NCBI GenBank assembly: GCA_018645535.1
Contig: JABGWN010000038.1
Location: 1 to 33,674, forward strand
Length of the DNA: 33,674 bases
From: Methanobacteriota archaeon
GTDB taxonomy: Archaea > Thermoplasmatota > Poseidoniia > Poseidoniales > Poseidoniaceae
Direction of reading: 5' to 3'
A model generated the notes under the pieces. The model did no database searches. It saw only the letters and a program-made list of their open reading frames with translations, and was not told the origin of the DNA. Made by a program: the position numbers and the translations under genes. Within the stretch, counting starts at the first letter, position 1. Every line of letters begins with the position of its first letter. Of the stretch, positions 31,692 to 33,674 are shown piece by piece.

Positions 31692-33653
31692 ATGACCGAC
31701 GAAAATGAAGAGATAGCAATGGCAGAATGTGGTTCTTGCCGAGCAGTCGTGCCGATTGATTCAGAGAACTGTCCGGAATGTGGAATTTCATTTTCTGGAG
31801 TTTCTGAAGATGCCTTGGGTGAATGTGGTGCATGTAATGCCCTGGTACCTCTTGATTCCACAAAATGCCCTGAATGCGGCGTAGTTTTCGTAGCAGATGA
31901 CGTCATTGATATCTTGCGCACATGGATGGCAACCAATTCTATGGATGTGAAAACTTTGTTTGGTCGATTTGATACAAACGGAGACGGTCGAATTGATTCA
32001 GATGAATTGAAAGCAGGATTACTCTCACTTAACCTAGCAGATTTACCACCGAGTCAAGTTGATAAATTGGTTGCTGCTATTGATGAGGACGGAGATAGTC
32101 TTGTAGATCTACAAGAACTTCAAACAATTATTGGTGGTGAAGAAGAACATGTTGAGCCAATTACAGATGAATCAATCGAGGAAGAAACCGTTCTTGATTA
32201 TAATGAAAATGTACTTTCGAAAGTAATGAATGCTGCAGAGATTAATGATTCCGATAAAGAAGCCTTCATAGCCTTTGCAAAAGATTACAATTCAGATGAC
32301 AATTTATATCTCAAGAAGGAAGAACTAGAAACAGCTGCTGGCGCATGGAATGCTAGAAATGTAGAGGCGCAAACTGACATCCAATCCCACGAATCTGAAG
32401 AAGTATTAGAAGCCCCAGATGAGGAGTCTGAGGAAGAACTGACTGAAGAAGAGCCATCTGAGGAAGAGCTAGTCGAAGAAGAATCTGATGAAGTCTTTGA
32501 AGAACCAGATGAGCAAACAGAGGAAGAAGAATCTGAGGAAGAAATCATTGATGAAGAATCTGCTGAAGAAGTGGTTACTGAAGATCGCAGCCTAAGCCAA
32601 ATTTACGATGATATCTTAGATTCGATTGATGAACAAGATTTAACACTTTCAAATGCATTTGGTAATATGGATGAAGATGGAGATCGAATGATTACGAGAG
32701 TAGAATTGGGCTCTAAACTAGGCCACTTCCTCGACTATGAATTGTCTGAGTCCGAACTCGATTCTATGATGGATTCAATGGATGAAAACTCAGATGGAAA
32801 CATCGATATGATTGAATTCGTCACCTCTATCGAGAATCATGAAGATTCAATTTCGAGTATTGATGATGAGGAAGCTGAAACCGTCAAAACCTTCCCTACG
32901 AAATGGCATACTCGCTTTATGTCGAAGCAATGGCATGATGTATTCTGGCCATTAATTCACACAGGATTGGTTATAATGATCATTGCGGCTTTAGCAAACG
33001 GATTATTCCCCTTCGTTGATGGTGAAGGCGGCACAGTAGAATTAGAAACTGAGGCTGGAGATGGATGGATGAATGCGGACGGTATCGTCATCGACGAAGG
33101 CCAAGCATACCCTTGTGATTCAACAGTGCAGGTTGGTGAGTGTAAGAACTCATTAACACCACTTGCTGGTGATGCAAGTTCTATGCCAGGTGGATTCTAT
33201 CTTGACGGAATATTCCTCATGCTACTTTCAACCATCGGATTGATTGGAAGTTTGTACACGCATCTCGTTTTAGCACCATCTTGGAGAGCCCGTGTCAAGG
33301 CTATGAAAGAAGTAAGTGAAGATAAGGCAGAAATCCAAGAATCACTCGAAGATGATGATGTAATTGAAGAGTCAGAAAATGAACAAGAAGCAGACGAATC
33401 AGAAATCGAAGACTCAGATGATGTAGAGTCTGAAGGTGAAGAAATGGATGACGGTTTAGATGAAGAAGAATCTAGTTCAAAAAATGAAGAACTTGACATT
33501 GGATCATACGTTGGCGTTGACATTGATGGAGAGGAATATTACGGGACAATCGTAGAATTTGATGATGATGAAGAAACGGTAACAATCGAGGAAGAAGAAT
33601 CTGGTGACGAAATAACAGCTTACCAAGATGAAATGTTTGTTCCAGAGGATTAA
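31692..33653 (+). CDS. Hyper-acidic membrane protein: double zinc ribbon, two EF-hand pairs, two TM helices and a small C-terminal beta (SH3/Tudor-like) module
   Basis: Two CxxC-x10-CPEC zinc ribbons (CGSCRAVVPIDSENCPECG; CGACNALVPLDSTKCPECG). Four canonical 12-residue EF loops: DTNGDGRIDSDE (31971-32006), DEDGDSLVDLQE (32082-32117), DEDGDRMITRVE (32670-32705), DENSDGNIDMIE (32781-32816). A Glu-rich linker (about 32380-32560). TM helices about 32940-33020 and 33190-33280. Acidic tail ending GSYVGVDIDGEEYYGTIVEFDDDEETVTIEEE. Confidence 0.75.
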   Translation: MTDENEEIAMAECGSCRAVVPIDSENCPECGISFSGVSEDALGECGACNALVPLDSTKCPECGVVFVADDVIDILRTWMATNSMDVKTLFGRFDTNGDGRIDSDELKAGLLSLNLADLPPSQVDKLVAAIDEDGDSLVDLQELQTIIGGEEEHVEPITDESIEEETVLDYNENVLSKVMNAAEINDSDKEAFIAFAKDYNSDDNLYLKKEELETAAGAWNARNVEAQTDIQSHESEEVLEAPDEESEEELTEEEPSEEELVEEESDEVFEEPDEQTEEEESEEEIIDEESAEEVVTEDRSLSQIYDDILDSIDEQDLTLSNAFGNMDEDGDRMITRVELGSKLGHFLDYELSESELDSMMDSMDENSDGNIDMIEFVTSIENHEDSISSIDDEEAETVKTFPTKWHTRFMSKQWHDVFWPLIHTGLVIMIIAALANGLFPFVDGEGGTVELETEAGDGWMNADGIVIDEGQAYPCDSTVQVGECKNSLTPLAGDASSMPGGFYLDGIFLMLLSTIGLIGSLYTHLVLAPSWRARVKAMKEVSEDKAEIQESLEDDDVIEESENEQEADESEIEDSDDVESEGEEMDDGLDEEESSSKNEELDIGSYVGVDIDGEEYYGTIVEFDDDEETVTIEEEESGDEITAYQDEMFVPED

Positions 33654-33674
33654 GTTTGACCGATCTATTACAGA

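Noticed and set aside
32380-32560. GAA/GAG-rich repetitive DNA (also 33340-33480 and 5560-5600), checked as a possible microsatellite or CRISPR-like repeat
   Set aside because: There is no fixed repeat unit or spacer periodicity. It is in-frame poly-Glu/Asp low complexity within coding regions, consistent with the generally acidic proteome.
1-33674. Scan for tRNA, rRNA, CRISPR arrays, IS elements, integrases, inteins or prophage/defence-island hallmarks
   Set aside because: The only non-coding stretches over 100 nt (120-287, 7437-7551, 19704-19804) are AT-rich and lack tRNA-like GTTCRANYC/acceptor-stem pairing. No direct-repeat/spacer periodicity, terminal inverted repeats, transposase or recombinase motifs, or intein blocks were seen by eye. 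A covariance-model scan (tRNAscan-SE/Infernal) would be the definitive check.

Overview
This is a densely coding archaeal chromosomal segment with about 27 protein genes on both strands and almost no intergenic DNA. Archaeal/eukaryal-type informational genes (PriS primase, PAN proteasome ATPase, aMBF1, Tsr3, class-I MetRS with a Trbp111-like tail) sit with peptide and amino-acid catabolism genes (OPT transporter fragment, S15 X-Pro peptidase, HutH, long-form HutU, split formiminotransferase/cyclodeaminase). There are also futalosine-route menaquinone genes (mqnA, mqnD, one mqnE/C radical-SAM), a Ca2+-type P-type ATPase, and an FdhD/YdeP-like molybdoenzyme/MFS trio. Acidic proteins, moderate AT-richness and GGAGG/GGTGA-like ribosome-binding sites fit a marine planktonic Thermoplasmatota (MGII/Poseidoniales-like) archaeon, but that placement is inference only. 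I found no rRNA, tRNA, CRISPR array, transposase or integrase, and this does not look like a classic defence or mobile island. The most interesting item is a 155-aa ORF (8448-8915) that looks like a single half of eukaryotic deoxyhypusine hydroxylase and keeps both His-Glu iron-ligand motifs. It is a candidate for the DOHH activity that has not been assigned in archaea. Other candidates: (1) a divergent pair of a TM-less DUF835-like protein and a double-zinc-ribbon/4x EF-hand/2-TM hyper-acidic protein; (2) a same-strand run around priS made of uncharacterised proteins (small Zn protein, polyproline/coiled-coil/duplicated-motif protein, histone-H1-like Lys/Ala tail fused to an RDD membrane domain); (3) a beta-propeller surface protein with thrombospondin-type-3-like Ca2+ repeats inserted antisense in the mqn cluster. 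All five convergent gene junctions abut or overlap. All functional calls rest on motif recognition from memory, with no database search.
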